Source of the DNA: an uncultured Desulfohalobiaceae bacterium
GTDB lineage: Bacteria; Desulfobacterota; Desulfovibrionia; Desulfovibrionales; Desulfothermaceae
Assembly (NCBI GenBank): GCA_964446205.1
Contig: CAYUNZ010000002.1
Location: 1-48,693, forward strand
Reading direction: 5' to 3'
DNA length: 48,693 bases
Positions within the stretch are counted from its first letter, which is position 1; every line of letters begins with the position of its first letter. Shown here in pieces: positions 35,929 through 46,319 of the stretch. The notes below the pieces were generated by a model that worked only from the letters and a program-made list of their open reading frames with translations, was not told the origin of the DNA and made no database searches. Made by a program: the position numbers and the translations under genes.

Positions 35929-38022
35929 ATGTCCCGAGAAGAGCAAATGAAACAGGCCTTTTTAGAAGAAGCAAGTGATCTTTTGCCTGAATTGGAAGAT
36001 GCCTTGTTATCCCTTGAGGACTCACCACAGGATATAGAATTGATTAATCGGGTTTTTAGGGCCTTACATACCCTGAAAGGTTCAGGTAATATGTTTGGTT
36101 ATGAGAATATTGGCCGTTTGAGTCATGAGATTGAGACCATATTCGACAAGATAAGGAATGATGAACTTGATATTACCAAACAGATTCTTGATGTAACCTT
36201 TCGGACCAAAGATCAGATTCAGCAGATGCTCTACTCTTCTGAGGAGGGTCAGGATTCAATAATAGATAATCTGATTCAAGAGATCAAACATCTAGCTCCA
36301 GGACAGGAGGTCAAGGAAGAGCAAGACATTTCAGAAAATAAGCCCAGCCAGGAATCTGGAGAAAACCTTCGAATATATCGAATCCGATTCAAACCCCCAA
36401 GGGATATCTTTCATACCGGTACAGATCCTCTTAGCCTGCTTAGTGAATTGCAGGAGCTTGGCAGCGCCTATATTGTTGCCCATATAGAAGATCTTCCTGA
36501 TCTGGAAGATATAGAACCTGAAAAATGTTATACTTGGTGGGATATTATCCTTTCTACTGATAAAGACAAGAATGCTATACTTGATGTCTTTATCTTTGTT
36601 GAAGACGATAGTGAAATCACAGTTCAGATTATTGATGAAGGCAGCTATACAGATGAGGAGGAGATTGCCTATAAACGTCTGGGGGAAATACTTGTTGAGA
36701 GAGGTGATTTGAGCCCGACCAGTTTGCAACAGATCCTTTTTAGTAAAAAACCTCTTGGGGAAATACTCACAGATTCAGGGGTGGTCAGTGATGAAACGGT
36801 TCAATCGGCCTTAATGGAACAATCGGCTGTAAGAGAGCGCCGACAGGAAAAGAAACAACAGGAATCTGTCTCAAGCCTCAGAATACCAGCCCAAAAGCTT
36901 GATAAACTTGTTGATCTGGTTGGAGAGCTGGTTATTGCTCAAGCCCGTTTAAGCCAGATTGTCAATACTGTGGAAAATCAAGAAATCCAAGAAATAGCTG
37001 AAGAAGTCGAGAGGCTAAGCAGTGAACTAAGGGATAATACCCTGGGAATCCGTATGTTGCCTATTGGAACTAGCTTTGGCCGCTTCCGACGAGTTGTCCG
37101 GGATCTTTCCTCTGAGTTGGGCAAGGAGATCAATCTAATCACCGAAGGTTCTGAAACTGAGTTGGATAAGACAGTTATTGAGAAATTGAATGATCCACTG
37201 ATCCATCTTTTGCGCAATAGTATCGATCACGGCATAGAAGACCCTGAAGGACGGGAACAAGAAGGAAAACCGCGACAAGGAACGATCACCCTAACTGCTA
37301 TGCATGCCGGAGGAAATGTGGTTATCTCTATCCAGGATGATGGCAAGGGTATAGATCCTGAAATTATGCGTCAAAAGGGTATTGAGAAAGGGATTATCTC
37401 CTTAGAGGCGGAAATGAAAGAAAAAGACCTGATTGGTCTTATTTTCACTCCTGGGTTTTCTACTGCCGAGCAGGTATCTGACCTCTCTGGCCGTGGTGTG
37501 GGCATGGATGTAGTCAAAAACAATATTGAGGCCCTTCGGGGCAGTGTAGAAATCGAGAGCAACAAAGGAGAAGGAACAAGTATTTATGTCAAGCTCCCTT
37601 TGACTCTGGCCATTATAGATGGTCTGCAAGTCCAAATTCAGGATGAGGTCTTTGTCTTGCCTCTGAGCGTGGTCGAGGAGTGTATTGAATTGACCAAGGA
37701 AGAGGCCCAAAAGTCCAAAGAGCAATGTTTTGTCAAGGTCAGGGGCGAAATTGTACCCTATTTGAGTACTAGGGAACTGTTTAGTGTTCCTGGGAAGACA
37801 CCGGATATAGTTCAAGTGGTTATTGTCTCTTCGAATCGTAGTCAGGTTGGTTTGGAAGTTGATCATATTATCGGGCATTACCAGACGGTTATCAAGAGCC
37901 TGAGCAAGGTTTACCGTAATGTCCAGGGGATATCTGGGGCCACTGTCCGTGGGGACGGGAGCATGGCTCTGATCCTTGATGTCGATAATTTGATTCAGAA
38001 GGTGGAAAAGAATATACAGTAA
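35929..38022 (+). CDS. cheA: Chemotaxis histidine kinase CheA
   Basis: Hpt motif HTLKGSG, HATPase boxes (HLLRNSIDHG, DDGKGID, GRGVGMDVV) and a C-terminal CheW-like domain. The ATG at 35929 follows a GGAGG RBS. Confidence 0.9.
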   Translation: MSREEQMKQAFLEEASDLLPELEDALLSLEDSPQDIELINRVFRALHTLKGSGNMFGYENIGRLSHEIETIFDKIRNDELDITKQILDVTFRTKDQIQQMLYSSEEGQDSIIDNLIQEIKHLAPGQEVKEEQDISENKPSQESGENLRIYRIRFKPPRDIFHTGTDPLSLLSELQELGSAYIVAHIEDLPDLEDIEPEKCYTWWDIILSTDKDKNAILDVFIFVEDDSEITVQIIDEGSYTDEEEIAYKRLGEILVERGDLSPTSLQQILFSKKPLGEILTDSGVVSDETVQSALMEQSAVRERRQEKKQQESVSSLRIPAQKLDKLVDLVGELVIAQARLSQIVNTVENQEIQEIAEEVERLSSELRDNTLGIRMLPIGTSFGRFRRVVRDLSSELGKEINLITEGSETELDKTVIEKLNDPLIHLLRNSIDHGIEDPEGREQEGKPRQGTITLTAMHAGGNVVISIQDDGKGIDPEIMRQKGIEKGIISLEAEMKEKDLIGLIFTPGFSTAEQVSDLSGRGVGMDVVKNNIEALRGSVEIESNKGEGTSIYVKLPLTLAIIDGLQVQIQDEVFVLPLSVVEECIELTKEEAQKSKEQCFVKVRGEIVPYLSTRELFSVPGKTPDIVQVVIVSSNRSQVGLEVDHIIGHYQTVIKSLSKVYRNVQGISGATVRGDGSMALILDVDNLIQKVEKNIQ

Positions 38023-38060
38023 ATTAAATCCTAATAAACTTTTAAAAAAAGGAGTATGGT

Positions 38061-40958
38061 ATGGTTAACCTGAAAGACATTAAGATGAGGCCAAAGCTAA
38101 TTTTATTGTTCTTACTGATTGGGCTCATACCATTAGCCATTACCGGCTGGTGGTCATCCAGATTGGCAGGTGATTCGCTTATGGATAGCGCCTATAATCA
38201 GCTAAAATCGATGCGAGATGTGAAAAAAAATCAGATCAGCTCTTTTTTTGAAGAGCGGAAAGGGGACACTGATGTCCTTGTAGATACTGTCAATCAAATC
38301 CAGGCTGAGTCCTTTCAAAAGCTGCAAAGTGTTCAACAGCTGAAAAAGAGTCAGATAAAACAATTCTTCAAAAAATTGCACAATGACATCCAAGTCTTGG
38401 CTCAAAGTGAGGATGTAAAAAGAGCTTATTCTGAGCTAAAGCAGTATCACGATGACTTGGGGTTTGGTGCCCAAAGTTCTTTTGATGTAGATACCCCCAG
38501 ATACGAGAGGATCTGGCAGAAATACAGTGATGACCTAGGTAAATATGTGGAGAAGTTTGGTTACTATGATGTCTTTATTATCTGTAAACCGCATGGCCAT
38601 GTCATGTATACCCATTCCCAAGAAGACGATCTGGGGACAAATCTTGGCTATGGACCATACAGGGAGGAAGGACTGGCCAGACTTTGGGAAAAGGTTGTTC
38701 GACAGAAATCGTTTGTCATTGAAGATTATTCTGCTTATAGCCCCAGCGGTGGAAAGCAAGAGGCGTTTGTCGGTGGGCCGATCAAAAATAATGCCGGGAA
38801 AATGGTTGCTGTGGTTGCCCTTCAGATATCTAGTCAGTCTATCAATGATATTGTCCAGCAAAGACAGGGTTTGGGTAAGACAGGGGAGACCTATCTGGCA
38901 ACTGAGCAAAACGGTCGGATAGAGTTTAGGAGCAATCTACAGACTATGGGCGATGGTAATTTTGTTATTGGCAAGGATGTTACGGATATTGCTCCGGCTT
39001 ATCTTGAAGAAACCTTGTCTGGCAAACAGGTTTTGGATGTCTATACCGATTCAGCCGGAAATCCAGTCATGGTCACAGGGAGTATGTTCAATGTTGGCAG
39101 TGGGATTAAATGGGCCATGATTACCAAACAAAATTTAGAGGAGGCCTTGACCTTTACAGAGAAAAAGGGCCAGGAGGACTACTTTACCAAATATATCAAA
39201 TCTTATGGCTACTATGATCTGTTTCTTATCAATAAAAAGGGTTATGTCTTTTACACTGTTGGTAAAGAAGCCGATTACCATACCAACATGCTCGAAGGTA
39301 AATACTCTGATTCCAATCTGGGCAAACTGACCAGAAAGGTACTGCGGACCAAGAGCTATGCCATGGCTGATTTTGCTTCCTATGCCCCAAGTGGAGGTAA
39401 ACCTGCCTCATTTGTTGCCAGGCCGCTTATACATAACAATAAAGTGGAAATGGTGGTTGCCCTGCAGCTCAGCCTACAGGATATCAATAACATTATGCAG
39501 GAACGGACCGGTATGGGCGAGAGCGGGGAGACATATCTGGTCGGACCTGACAAGCTGATGCGTTCGGATTCCTTCCTGGCTACGCAGAGTCACTCGGTAG
39601 AGGCCTCCTTTGCCGGAACTGTTCAGCAAAACGGGGTCGACACTGTAGCCTCCAGACAAGCCTTGAATGGTAAGACAGATGCTCAGATTATAGACGACTA
39701 TAATGGGAATCCGGTCCTATCGGCTTATACTCCGGTCAATGTCGGTAAAAATCTCAAGTGGGCCTTGATTTCGGAAATAAACGAAGCAGAGGTAAATCAA
39801 CCAATTGATGATTTGATTATGTCTATAGTCATTGTGGCTATTGTCATTATAATTGCTGTTATTCTGGTAGCCTTGTTTGTGGCCAATATGGTCGCCAAGC
39901 CCTTAAATGAGGGGGTCTCATTTGCCGGAACCGTAGCCAAAGGGGATTTAACAGCCATTCTGGAAGTTGATCAAAAGGACGAGATCGGTATGCTGGCTGA
40001 TGCCCTGAGGGATATGGTTAAGAACTTGCAGAAGGTGGTCAAGGATGTCCAGTCAGCTTCGGACAACGTGGCCTCCGGATCAGAGGAGATGAGTTCCTCT
40101 TCAGAAGAATTGTCTCAGGGAGCTACCGAGCAGGCCTCTAATATCGAAGAGGTATCCTCGAGTATGGAACAGATGGCCTCGAACATCCAGCAAAACACAG
40201 ACAACGCCCAGGAGACGGAGAAGATCTCCAATAAGGCTGCCCAGGATGCTGAGGCAGGCGGCAAGTCAGTCAATGATACTGTTCAGGCTATGAAAGACAT
40301 TGCCGACAAGATCTCTATTATTGAGGAGATCGCCAGACAGACCAATCTTTTGGCCCTAAATGCAGCCATTGAGGCGGCTAGAGCAGGCGAGGCCGGAAAG
40401 GGTTTTGCCGTAGTAGCGGCCGAGGTCCGCAAGCTGGCTGAAAGAAGCGGTGGAGCGGCCAAAGAGATCCGGGAGCTGTCCTCCTCCAGTGTAGAGGTGG
40501 CTGAACAGGCAGGTCAGATGCTGAACAAAATGGTCCCAGATATCCAAAAGACAGCCGAGTTGGTTCAAGAAATAGCTGCAGCCAGCCGGGAACAGAATAG
40601 CGGGGCTGAGCAGGTAAACAAAGCGGTCCAGCAGTTGGATCAGGTCATACAGCAAAATGCCACAGCCTCTGAAGAGCTGTCATCGACAGCAGAGGAGCTG
40701 TCTTCTCAGGCCCAGCAACTCCAGGATACCATGTCCTTTTTCAAGATAGATGAAGAAAAGTCTTTTCGGGGTAAATCAGTAGAGAAAATCAAAAAGGAAG
40801 GTGGTGGTCAGGCTGTTTCCAAGGACAATAAGAAGGCCTTGGGTCAGACTCAGAACAAGCAGGAGAAAGCAGAAAATAAGGAACAAGGCAAACAGAAACG
40901 TTTGTCCCTGGATATGAATTCAGAGGATCAGGAAGACCAGGAATTTGAGAGATATTAA
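38061..40958 (+). CDS. Methyl-accepting chemotaxis protein with a large periplasmic double Cache-like sensor, HAMP and signalling domain
   Basis: 965 aa. TM1 is at the N-terminus and TM2 is [20 protein letters not shown]. Has a canonical tip [37 protein letters not shown], a long K/E/Q-rich C-terminal linker, and ends in EFERY. Confidence 0.9.
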   Translation: MVNLKDIKMRPKLILLFLLIGLIPLAITGWWSSRLAGDSLMDSAYNQLKSMRDVKKNQISSFFEERKGDTDVLVDTVNQIQAESFQKLQSVQQLKKSQIKQFFKKLHNDIQVLAQSEDVKRAYSELKQYHDDLGFGAQSSFDVDTPRYERIWQKYSDDLGKYVEKFGYYDVFIICKPHGHVMYTHSQEDDLGTNLGYGPYREEGLARLWEKVVRQKSFVIEDYSAYSPSGGKQEAFVGGPIKNNAGKMVAVVALQISSQSINDIVQQRQGLGKTGETYLATEQNGRIEFRSNLQTMGDGNFVIGKDVTDIAPAYLEETLSGKQVLDVYTDSAGNPVMVTGSMFNVGSGIKWAMITKQNLEEALTFTEKKGQEDYFTKYIKSYGYYDLFLINKKGYVFYTVGKEADYHTNMLEGKYSDSNLGKLTRKVLRTKSYAMADFASYAPSGGKPASFVARPLIHNNKVEMVVALQLSLQDINNIMQERTGMGESGETYLVGPDKLMRSDSFLATQSHSVEASFAGTVQQNGVDTVASRQALNGKTDAQIIDDYNGNPVLSAYTPVNVGKNLKWALISEINEAEVNQPIDDLIMSIVIVAIVIIIAVILVALFVANMVAKPLNEGVSFAGTVAKGDLTAILEVDQKDEIGMLADALRDMVKNLQKVVKDVQSASDNVASGSEEMSSSSEELSQGATEQASNIEEVSSSMEQMASNIQQNTDNAQETEKISNKAAQDAEAGGKSVNDTVQAMKDIADKISIIEEIARQTNLLALNAAIEAARAGEAGKGFAVVAAEVRKLAERSGGAAKEIRELSSSSVEVAEQAGQMLNKMVPDIQKTAELVQEIAAASREQNSGAEQVNKAVQQLDQVIQQNATASEELSSTAEELSSQAQQLQDTMSFFKIDEEKSFRGKSVEKIKKEGGGQAVSKDNKKALGQTQNKQEKAENKEQGKQKRLSLDMNSEDQEDQEFERY

Positions 40959-41075
40959 CATAAAAGAATGTTTACCGTTGTCCGTTTACCGTTTACCGAA
41001 GAATAAAATTAATTGAACTTCTTCGTTTTTTTGTTTTTTGGTTGACGGTCGACGGTAAACGGTGAACATTTTAAA
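40957..41075 (+). repeat. Heptamer-array repeat, copy F (short, forward) between mcp and cheW
   Basis: AACATAAAAGAATG, then GTTTACC GTTGTCC GTTTACC GTTTACC (40970-40997). An inner hairpin plus T-run follows, then GGTTGAC GGTCGAC GGTAAAC GGTGAAC (41040-41067) and ATTTTAAAG. Confidence 0.75.
40997..41039 (+). terminator. Possible intrinsic terminator/attenuator inside repeat copy F
   Basis: CGAAGAA (40997-41003) pairs with TTCTTCG (41019-41025) in a 7-bp stem with a 15-nt loop, followed by TTTTTTTGTTTTTT (41026-41039). The stem is AU-rich and the loop is large, so this is weak. Confidence 0.3.
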
Positions 41076-41117
41076 GAGTTAGAGAAGATATTCATATTAA
41101 CCAAGAAAGGAGCGCGT

Positions 41118-41633
41118 ATGTCAGATACGACAGATACAATGTCCAACCAATATTTGACATTTAAGCTTGATGGCGATTTTTATGCCTTGAGTATAGCCTC
41201 GGTTAAAGAGGTTTTGGAATATATGCAAATTACCAGGGTTCCCAGAACTCAGGAATATATGAGGGGGGTGATAAACGTCAGGGGCAATGCAGTCCCGGTA
41301 GTTGATTTAAAGCTAAAGTTTGGCATGGACAAGACTGAGCAGACCTTGGATACCTGTATTGTTATTGTGGAGGTAGATCTTGATGGCGAGTTCACAACTA
41401 TAGGGGCAATGGTTGACGGAGTGGAGGAGGTCCTAGAGATAGACCCGAGCAAGATTGAGCCGCCGCCCAAGTTAGGTACCAAGATCCATTCCAAATTTAT
41501 GAAAGGCATTGGCAAGCTAGAGGAGCAGTTTGTGATCATTTTGAATGCTGATCAGCTATTTACCATTGAGGAGCTAGATGTCTTGTCTGAGGTCAAAGAA
41601 TCCGGTGCTACATTCGATATGGAAGAGAAATAA
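41118..41633 (+). CDS. cheW: Chemotaxis coupling protein CheW
   Basis: 171 aa with an AAGGAG RBS. CheW-like domain pattern: YLTFKLDGDFYALSIASVKEV...VINVRGNAVPVVDL. Confidence 0.9.
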   Translation: MSDTTDTMSNQYLTFKLDGDFYALSIASVKEVLEYMQITRVPRTQEYMRGVINVRGNAVPVVDLKLKFGMDKTEQTLDTCIVIVEVDLDGEFTTIGAMVDGVEEVLEIDPSKIEPPPKLGTKIHSKFMKGIGKLEEQFVIILNADQLFTIEELDVLSEVKESGATFDMEEK

Positions 41634-41966
41634 TAACTGTTAGTCTTGATGAAGTAATCCATAAATGGTTAAGATTAATGCACTATTGAAGCTTTTAACC
41701 GGCGATTGCCTCTCTCTTGCTATTGTTGTTTAGCTATTTGAAAAGAATTATATTTTTTTGTATTAGTTTGGTCCAATGAAAAAAAGGGGCTTTCTTTTGA
41801 ACTTATGTTTTTAAGCCTATAATTTCTAATCTCATCCAGTTAAAATTCTGCTTTATCACTGAAAAATTCAAAATAAGCCCCTTTTTCAAATAGTTGCAAA
41901 CGGCTAAACAGTTATCTTCTTGGTAAAAGGGATTTGAGTAGGCAGTCGCCCTTTTAAAAGGGTGCC

Positions 41967-42839
41967 ATGAACAAAAATAGACAAAGTGAAGATAGAGATA
42001 GGTCTTGGAATCAAGCCAAACCAATGACTACAAAGGAGTTTCAGCGCTTTAGCAGTTTTATTCAAGAGGAATTTGGCATTAAAATGCCGCCGGGTAAGAA
42101 GACCATGCTTGAATCACGTCTTGGAAAAAGACTTAGGGCCTTAGGTATGAACAGCTACAAAGATTATGAAAACTATCTCTTCAATATAAAAGGGATGGAG
42201 ATAGAAATACCTCATCTGATTGATGCTGTGACTACAAACAAGACAGATTTTTTCCGGGAAGCAAATCATTTTGATATCTTATACAATCAACTCCTGCCAA
42301 AATGGTTTGGCCAGCATAAAGGAAAGCGAGACTTTTCGGTCTGGAGTGCGGGTTGTTCTTCTGGTGAAGAGCCTTATACTTTGGCCATAGTCCTAAATGA
42401 ATTTGCAGAGAACAACCCAGATTTTAAATATAATATACTAGGTACTGATATATCAAATGAAATTCTGGAGAAGGCTCAACGGGCTGTATACCCTGAAGAC
42501 CGGATAGAGCCTGTACCCGCCAATTTGAAACGGAAATATTTCTTACGCAGCAAGGATCGTAAAAAGAAGTTGGTTCGAGTCGTGCCTGAGCTGCGCAAAA
42601 AAGTCGCCTTTAGGCTCCTGAATTTTATGGATGATTTTGATTTTCGGGAGAAGATGGATGCAATATTTTGTCGTAATGTAATCATCTACTTTGAAAAACC
42701 AATACAGGAACGTCTCTTTCAAAAATTTTGTGAACATTTGCATCCAAACGGTTATTTATTTATTGGTCATTCCGAAACTCTGGCCGGGATGAATCTTTCT
42801 CTCAAGCAATTGTCTCCGACAACATATCAGAAAGTATAA
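41967..42839 (+). CDS. cheR: Chemotaxis protein methyltransferase CheR
   Basis: TDFFRE motif and SAM-binding WSAGCSSGEEPYTLA. The ATG at 42024 (MTTKEFQRF) is an alternative start. Confidence 0.85.
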   Translation: MNKNRQSEDRDRSWNQAKPMTTKEFQRFSSFIQEEFGIKMPPGKKTMLESRLGKRLRALGMNSYKDYENYLFNIKGMEIEIPHLIDAVTTNKTDFFREANHFDILYNQLLPKWFGQHKGKRDFSVWSAGCSSGEEPYTLAIVLNEFAENNPDFKYNILGTDISNEILEKAQRAVYPEDRIEPVPANLKRKYFLRSKDRKKKLVRVVPELRKKVAFRLLNFMDDFDFREKMDAIFCRNVIIYFEKPIQERLFQKFCEHLHPNGYLFIGHSETLAGMNLSLKQLSPTTYQKV

Positions 42840-42879
42840 AATATCTATTGGAAACCTTTTACTTTTTTACAGGTGTATC

Positions 42880-43308
42880 TTGAATAAAAAAAATAATGAC
42901 TTACCAAAGATACTTATTGTTGAGGACAGTACCTCAGCTCAGCGCAGACTGATCTCTACCTTACAGGCTTATGCCAAATGTTATGTATCCGGAAATGGTC
43001 AGGAAGCCATTGATTTTGTTCAGTCGATATGTGATGAACAAGAACAATTCGACTGTATATTCATGGATATCATCATGCCGATAAAAGACGGCCTGTCAGC
43101 TGTTAAAGAGATACGAAAGTTGGAGAGGGACAAGAATATTTTTAGTAAGCAAAAAATAAAGATAGTGATTGTCTCTACGCTTAAAGATCCAAAGGAAATT
43201 CTTCTGGCTCAATACGAATGCCAAGCTGACGGCTATATTACCAAACCATACGCCAGATCATCAGTTCTTGAAACACTAAAAGATCTCGGGCTAGATATCT
43301 GTGTATAG
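42880..43308 (+). CDS. Single-domain response regulator (CheY-like REC)
   Basis: 142 aa, TTG start. REC motifs ILIVEDS, FMDIIMP and YITKPY. Confidence 0.75.
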   Translation: MNKKNNDLPKILIVEDSTSAQRRLISTLQAYAKCYVSGNGQEAIDFVQSICDEQEQFDCIFMDIIMPIKDGLSAVKEIRKLERDKNIFSKQKIKIVIVSTLKDPKEILLAQYECQADGYITKPYARSSVLETLKDLGLDICV

Positions 43309-43423
43309 TAAGCATAAACTGGTGCTGACGTTCACATCTCATGTCCATTTTCATGCTGTATTGTGCCCGTCTGGTTGATAAACAACTAAACTCTTATAAT
43401 ATATAAGCAAGCCGGAGTGAATC

Positions 43424-43945
43424 TTGAAGGATGCTTTGCCACTGATTTATTTAAAACAAGGTGAATATTTTGTCTCCAACGGAAAACCCTTAGGAGTGAG
43501 TACTATCCTTGGTTCTTGTGTATCTGTAACCTTTTACTGCCCATCAAAACAAATCGGGGCTATTACCCACGCCATTCTGCCTAGTCAGAAAGATCACTAT
43601 CGCCATAGTAAAGATTCAGACGGACGTTTTGTTGACAGCAGTATTGAATGTGTTGTCAGACAATTAAATTCACTTGAGATAGATATAAAGGAAGTGGAGG
43701 TTAAAGTCTTTGGGGGATCTCAGATGTATGGTCCCAGGACCGGAGAAAAGAAGCAAACCTTAAATATTGGCAGGAAGAATGTTGAAGCTGCTTTATTGAC
43801 TCTGCAGAACTTAGGGCTAAGGATCAGGGTTAGTGAGGTTGGAGGCAATCAAGGCAGAAAGGTTTTGTATTATCCGCATAAAGGTGAGGTCTGGATAAAG
43901 AGGATAGCTCGAAGTCTTAACCAACAAGAGGTAAACCATGACTAA
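43424..43945 (+). CDS. cheD: Chemoreceptor glutamine deamidase CheD
   Basis: 173 aa, TTG start after a GGAGTG RBS. Has the catalytic-Cys motif LGSCVSV and KVFGG. Confidence 0.8.
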   Translation: MKDALPLIYLKQGEYFVSNGKPLGVSTILGSCVSVTFYCPSKQIGAITHAILPSQKDHYRHSKDSDGRFVDSSIECVVRQLNSLEIDIKEVEVKVFGGSQMYGPRTGEKKQTLNIGRKNVEAALLTLQNLGLRIRVSEVGGNQGRKVLYYPHKGEVWIKRIARSLNQQEVNHD

Positions 43946-45023
43946 AAAAATACGGGTGCTGATTGTTGATGATTCAGCTATGGTCAGGCAGGCACTACAG
44001 GATGTGCTTGAAAGTGATCCAGAGATTGAAGTTATGGGTGCAGCGTCGGATCCTTTTGTGGCCGCCAGAAAGATGGAAGAGGAAATCCCTGACGTTATTA
44101 CCTTGGATGTGGAAATGCCTAAGATGGATGGAATCACTTTCCTGCGTAAGATTATGACCCAGCACCCAATACCTGTAGTCATTTGTTCAACTTTGACAGA
44201 CAAAGGCTCGGAGTTGACTCTGAAGGCTATGGATTATGGTGCAGTTGAGATAATAACCAAACCCAAGTTAGGGACCAAAAAGTTTTTTGAGGAGTCAAAG
44301 GTCAAGATAGTTGATGCAGTCAAAGCAGCGGCAAAGGCTGATCTAAAAAAGAAAAAAAATCAGTTGCCTCCCAAAAAAAATTATAAGGTGGAACCAAAAT
44401 TAAGCGCAGACGCGGTCATACCAGATAGCAAGCCGTCCAGATCAATATTTCAAACGACTGAGAAAGTAGTTGTAGTTGGAGCCTCAACAGGTGGCACGGA
44501 AGCTTTGTGGACCTTATTGAAGTCAATGCCTCAGGATTCACCAGGTATTGTTATTGTTCAGCATATGCCAGAGCATTTTACCAGTGCCTTTGCCAAGAGA
44601 TTGAATGATAATTGCCAAATTAATGTCAAAGAGGCCGTAGACGGGGATCCGATACTTCGTGGTCAGGCCTTGATCGCCCAAGGTAATAGGCATTTACTGT
44701 TACATAGAAGTGGGGCTAGATATCAGGTCCAGATAAAAGATGGTCCTCTTGTCTCCAGACACAGGCCTTCAGTAGATGTCTTGTTCAGGTCAACTGCCAG
44801 ATATGCCGGGAAAAATGCACTAGGGGTTATTATGACCGGGATGGGAGATGATGGAGGCCATGGGATGAAAGAGATGCATGAAGCCGGGGCCTTTAATATT
44901 GCTCAGGATGAGAGCAGCTGTGTTGTTTTCGGTATGCCTAAAGAGGCGATTGAACTTGGGGGTGTTGACTTGATACTACCTCTTAACAAGATCGCCCGGG
45001 AGATACAGGACCGCGTAAAATAA
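43938..45023 (+). CDS. cheB: Chemotaxis response regulator protein-glutamate methylesterase CheB
   Basis: 361 aa. N-terminal REC (VLIVDDS, TLDVEMP) plus a methylesterase domain ([19 protein letters not shown]). Overlaps the cheD stop by 8 nt. Confidence 0.9.
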   Translation: MTKKIRVLIVDDSAMVRQALQDVLESDPEIEVMGAASDPFVAARKMEEEIPDVITLDVEMPKMDGITFLRKIMTQHPIPVVICSTLTDKGSELTLKAMDYGAVEIITKPKLGTKKFFEESKVKIVDAVKAAAKADLKKKKNQLPPKKNYKVEPKLSADAVIPDSKPSRSIFQTTEKVVVVGASTGGTEALWTLLKSMPQDSPGIVIVQHMPEHFTSAFAKRLNDNCQINVKEAVDGDPILRGQALIAQGNRHLLLHRSGARYQVQIKDGPLVSRHRPSVDVLFRSTARYAGKNALGVIMTGMGDDGGHGMKEMHEAGAFNIAQDESSCVVFGMPKEAIELGGVDLILPLNKIAREIQDRVK

Positions 45024-45169
45024 TATCTACGACTGCTACTTTTGGAGATAGGTGCAATTATATTGGAATGAATTACATAAGTTGACAAATTAGACCAAAC
45101 ATATGAGCATACTGAGTATCTTTTTATGTGCTGAGAGAAAGACAATAGATGGGTTAAAGAGGAGGATAC

Positions 45170-45565
45170 ATGAAGACACTCATTGTGGAAGATGAGTTTT
45201 CAAGCCGGAAAATATTAGAAAAGTTTCTTGGTAAATATGGAAAATATGAGGTTGCAGTTAATGGACAAGAAGCAATAGATTCATTCCAAATGGCTTGGGA
45301 AGAAAAGGAGCCTTATGATCTTGTAGTGTTGGATATCATGATGCCCAATGTTGATGGTCAGGAAGCTTTAAAGCAAATCAGGGCTTATGAAAAGGACAAA
45401 GGTGTTGTTGGTTTTGGTGAGGTCAAGGTTATTATGGTAACTGCTTTAGATGATCCGAAAAATGTGGTTGAAGCCTTTTATGAAGGCGGGGCAAATTCTT
45501 ATCTGGTCAAGCCGATTGATAATGAACAGTTAAATCAGGAATTAAAGAATCTTGGCTTGATTTGA
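45170..45565 (+). CDS. Single-domain response regulator (CheY-like REC)
   Basis: 131 aa with an AGAGGAGG RBS. REC motifs LIVEDE, VVLDIMMP and YLVKP. Confidence 0.8.
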   Translation: MKTLIVEDEFSSRKILEKFLGKYGKYEVAVNGQEAIDSFQMAWEEKEPYDLVVLDIMMPNVDGQEALKQIRAYEKDKGVVGFGEVKVIMVTALDDPKNVVEAFYEGGANSYLVKPIDNEQLNQELKNLGLI

Positions 45566-45632
45566 GTATACTCTGTTCTTTTTGCAGGCTTATCTAATGG
45601 AGTATATATGAGTAATTTAAGGTTAAATAAAT

Positions 45633-45995
45633 ATGGTGGATAATCAACAAATTTTTGAACGAGAGCAAGTAATACAAAGACTTGGGGATGAAGAGGTCTT
45701 TAAAGAAATTATTTCTGTTTTTCTGGAAACCTGCCCCCAATATATGATTCAATTAGAGGAAGCTATACAGGCTAAAGAATTGTCGGATGCACAAAAAGCC
45801 GTCCATAAGCTTAAAGGGGCAGCAAGCAATGTTGGTTCTGATCTAGTTAGAGACAATGCCCTTTCTGTTGAACAAGCTATTGAAAAGCAAGACTATACTT
45901 CCATTTTTTCGAGATTTTCTGATCTGAAAGAAAACACCCAGGCCTTACAAGATATCTTGGTACAAGAACTTGAGAAAAATCAAAACAAGACTTAG
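45633..45995 (+). CDS. Hpt-domain phosphotransfer protein
   Basis: 120 aa with the Hpt motif HKLKGAASNVG. Confidence 0.75.
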   Translation: MVDNQQIFEREQVIQRLGDEEVFKEIISVFLETCPQYMIQLEEAIQAKELSDAQKAVHKLKGAASNVGSDLVRDNALSVEQAIEKQDYTSIFSRFSDLKENTQALQDILVQELEKNQNKT

Positions 45996-46277
45996 ATTTC
46001 ATACTAATAACCAGGGAACCAAGTCTATGGACCAAGCTCAGAACAACCAGACAAGGCATGTATGAAAGACAAGAACAGACCAATAATCAAAGATTAAGAA
46101 TTGTTAATAGTCCGGAAACATGAAGGCAATGTTAATTCTAACTTACTATTCTGGAGACTAGCTTTTACAGGCTTCAACATCTTGAGATGTTTGGACTAGT
46201 TCAGGTTCGGCACACATTCTTTACCTATAATTTCAAAATATATGAAAACCAAAACATAGGATTTTCCTCTAATTCGT

Positions 46278-46306
46278 TTGACTTACTATAACAAAATAGT
46301 TATATT
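46278..46306 (+). promoter_or_regulatory. Candidate sigma70 promoter of the higBA-like pair
   Basis: TTGACT (46278-46283), a 17-nt spacer containing the inverted repeat ACTAT-n6-ATAGT, then TATATT (46301-46306). The ORF-track TTG start is in fact the -35 box. Confidence 0.45.
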
Positions 46307-46319
46307 GCTAGGTAATGGC

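Noticed and set aside
36331-37878. Minus-strand ORFs of 132 and 158 aa inside cheA
   Set aside because: They are antisense to a full-length, motif-complete CheA and have no recognisable motifs or RBS.
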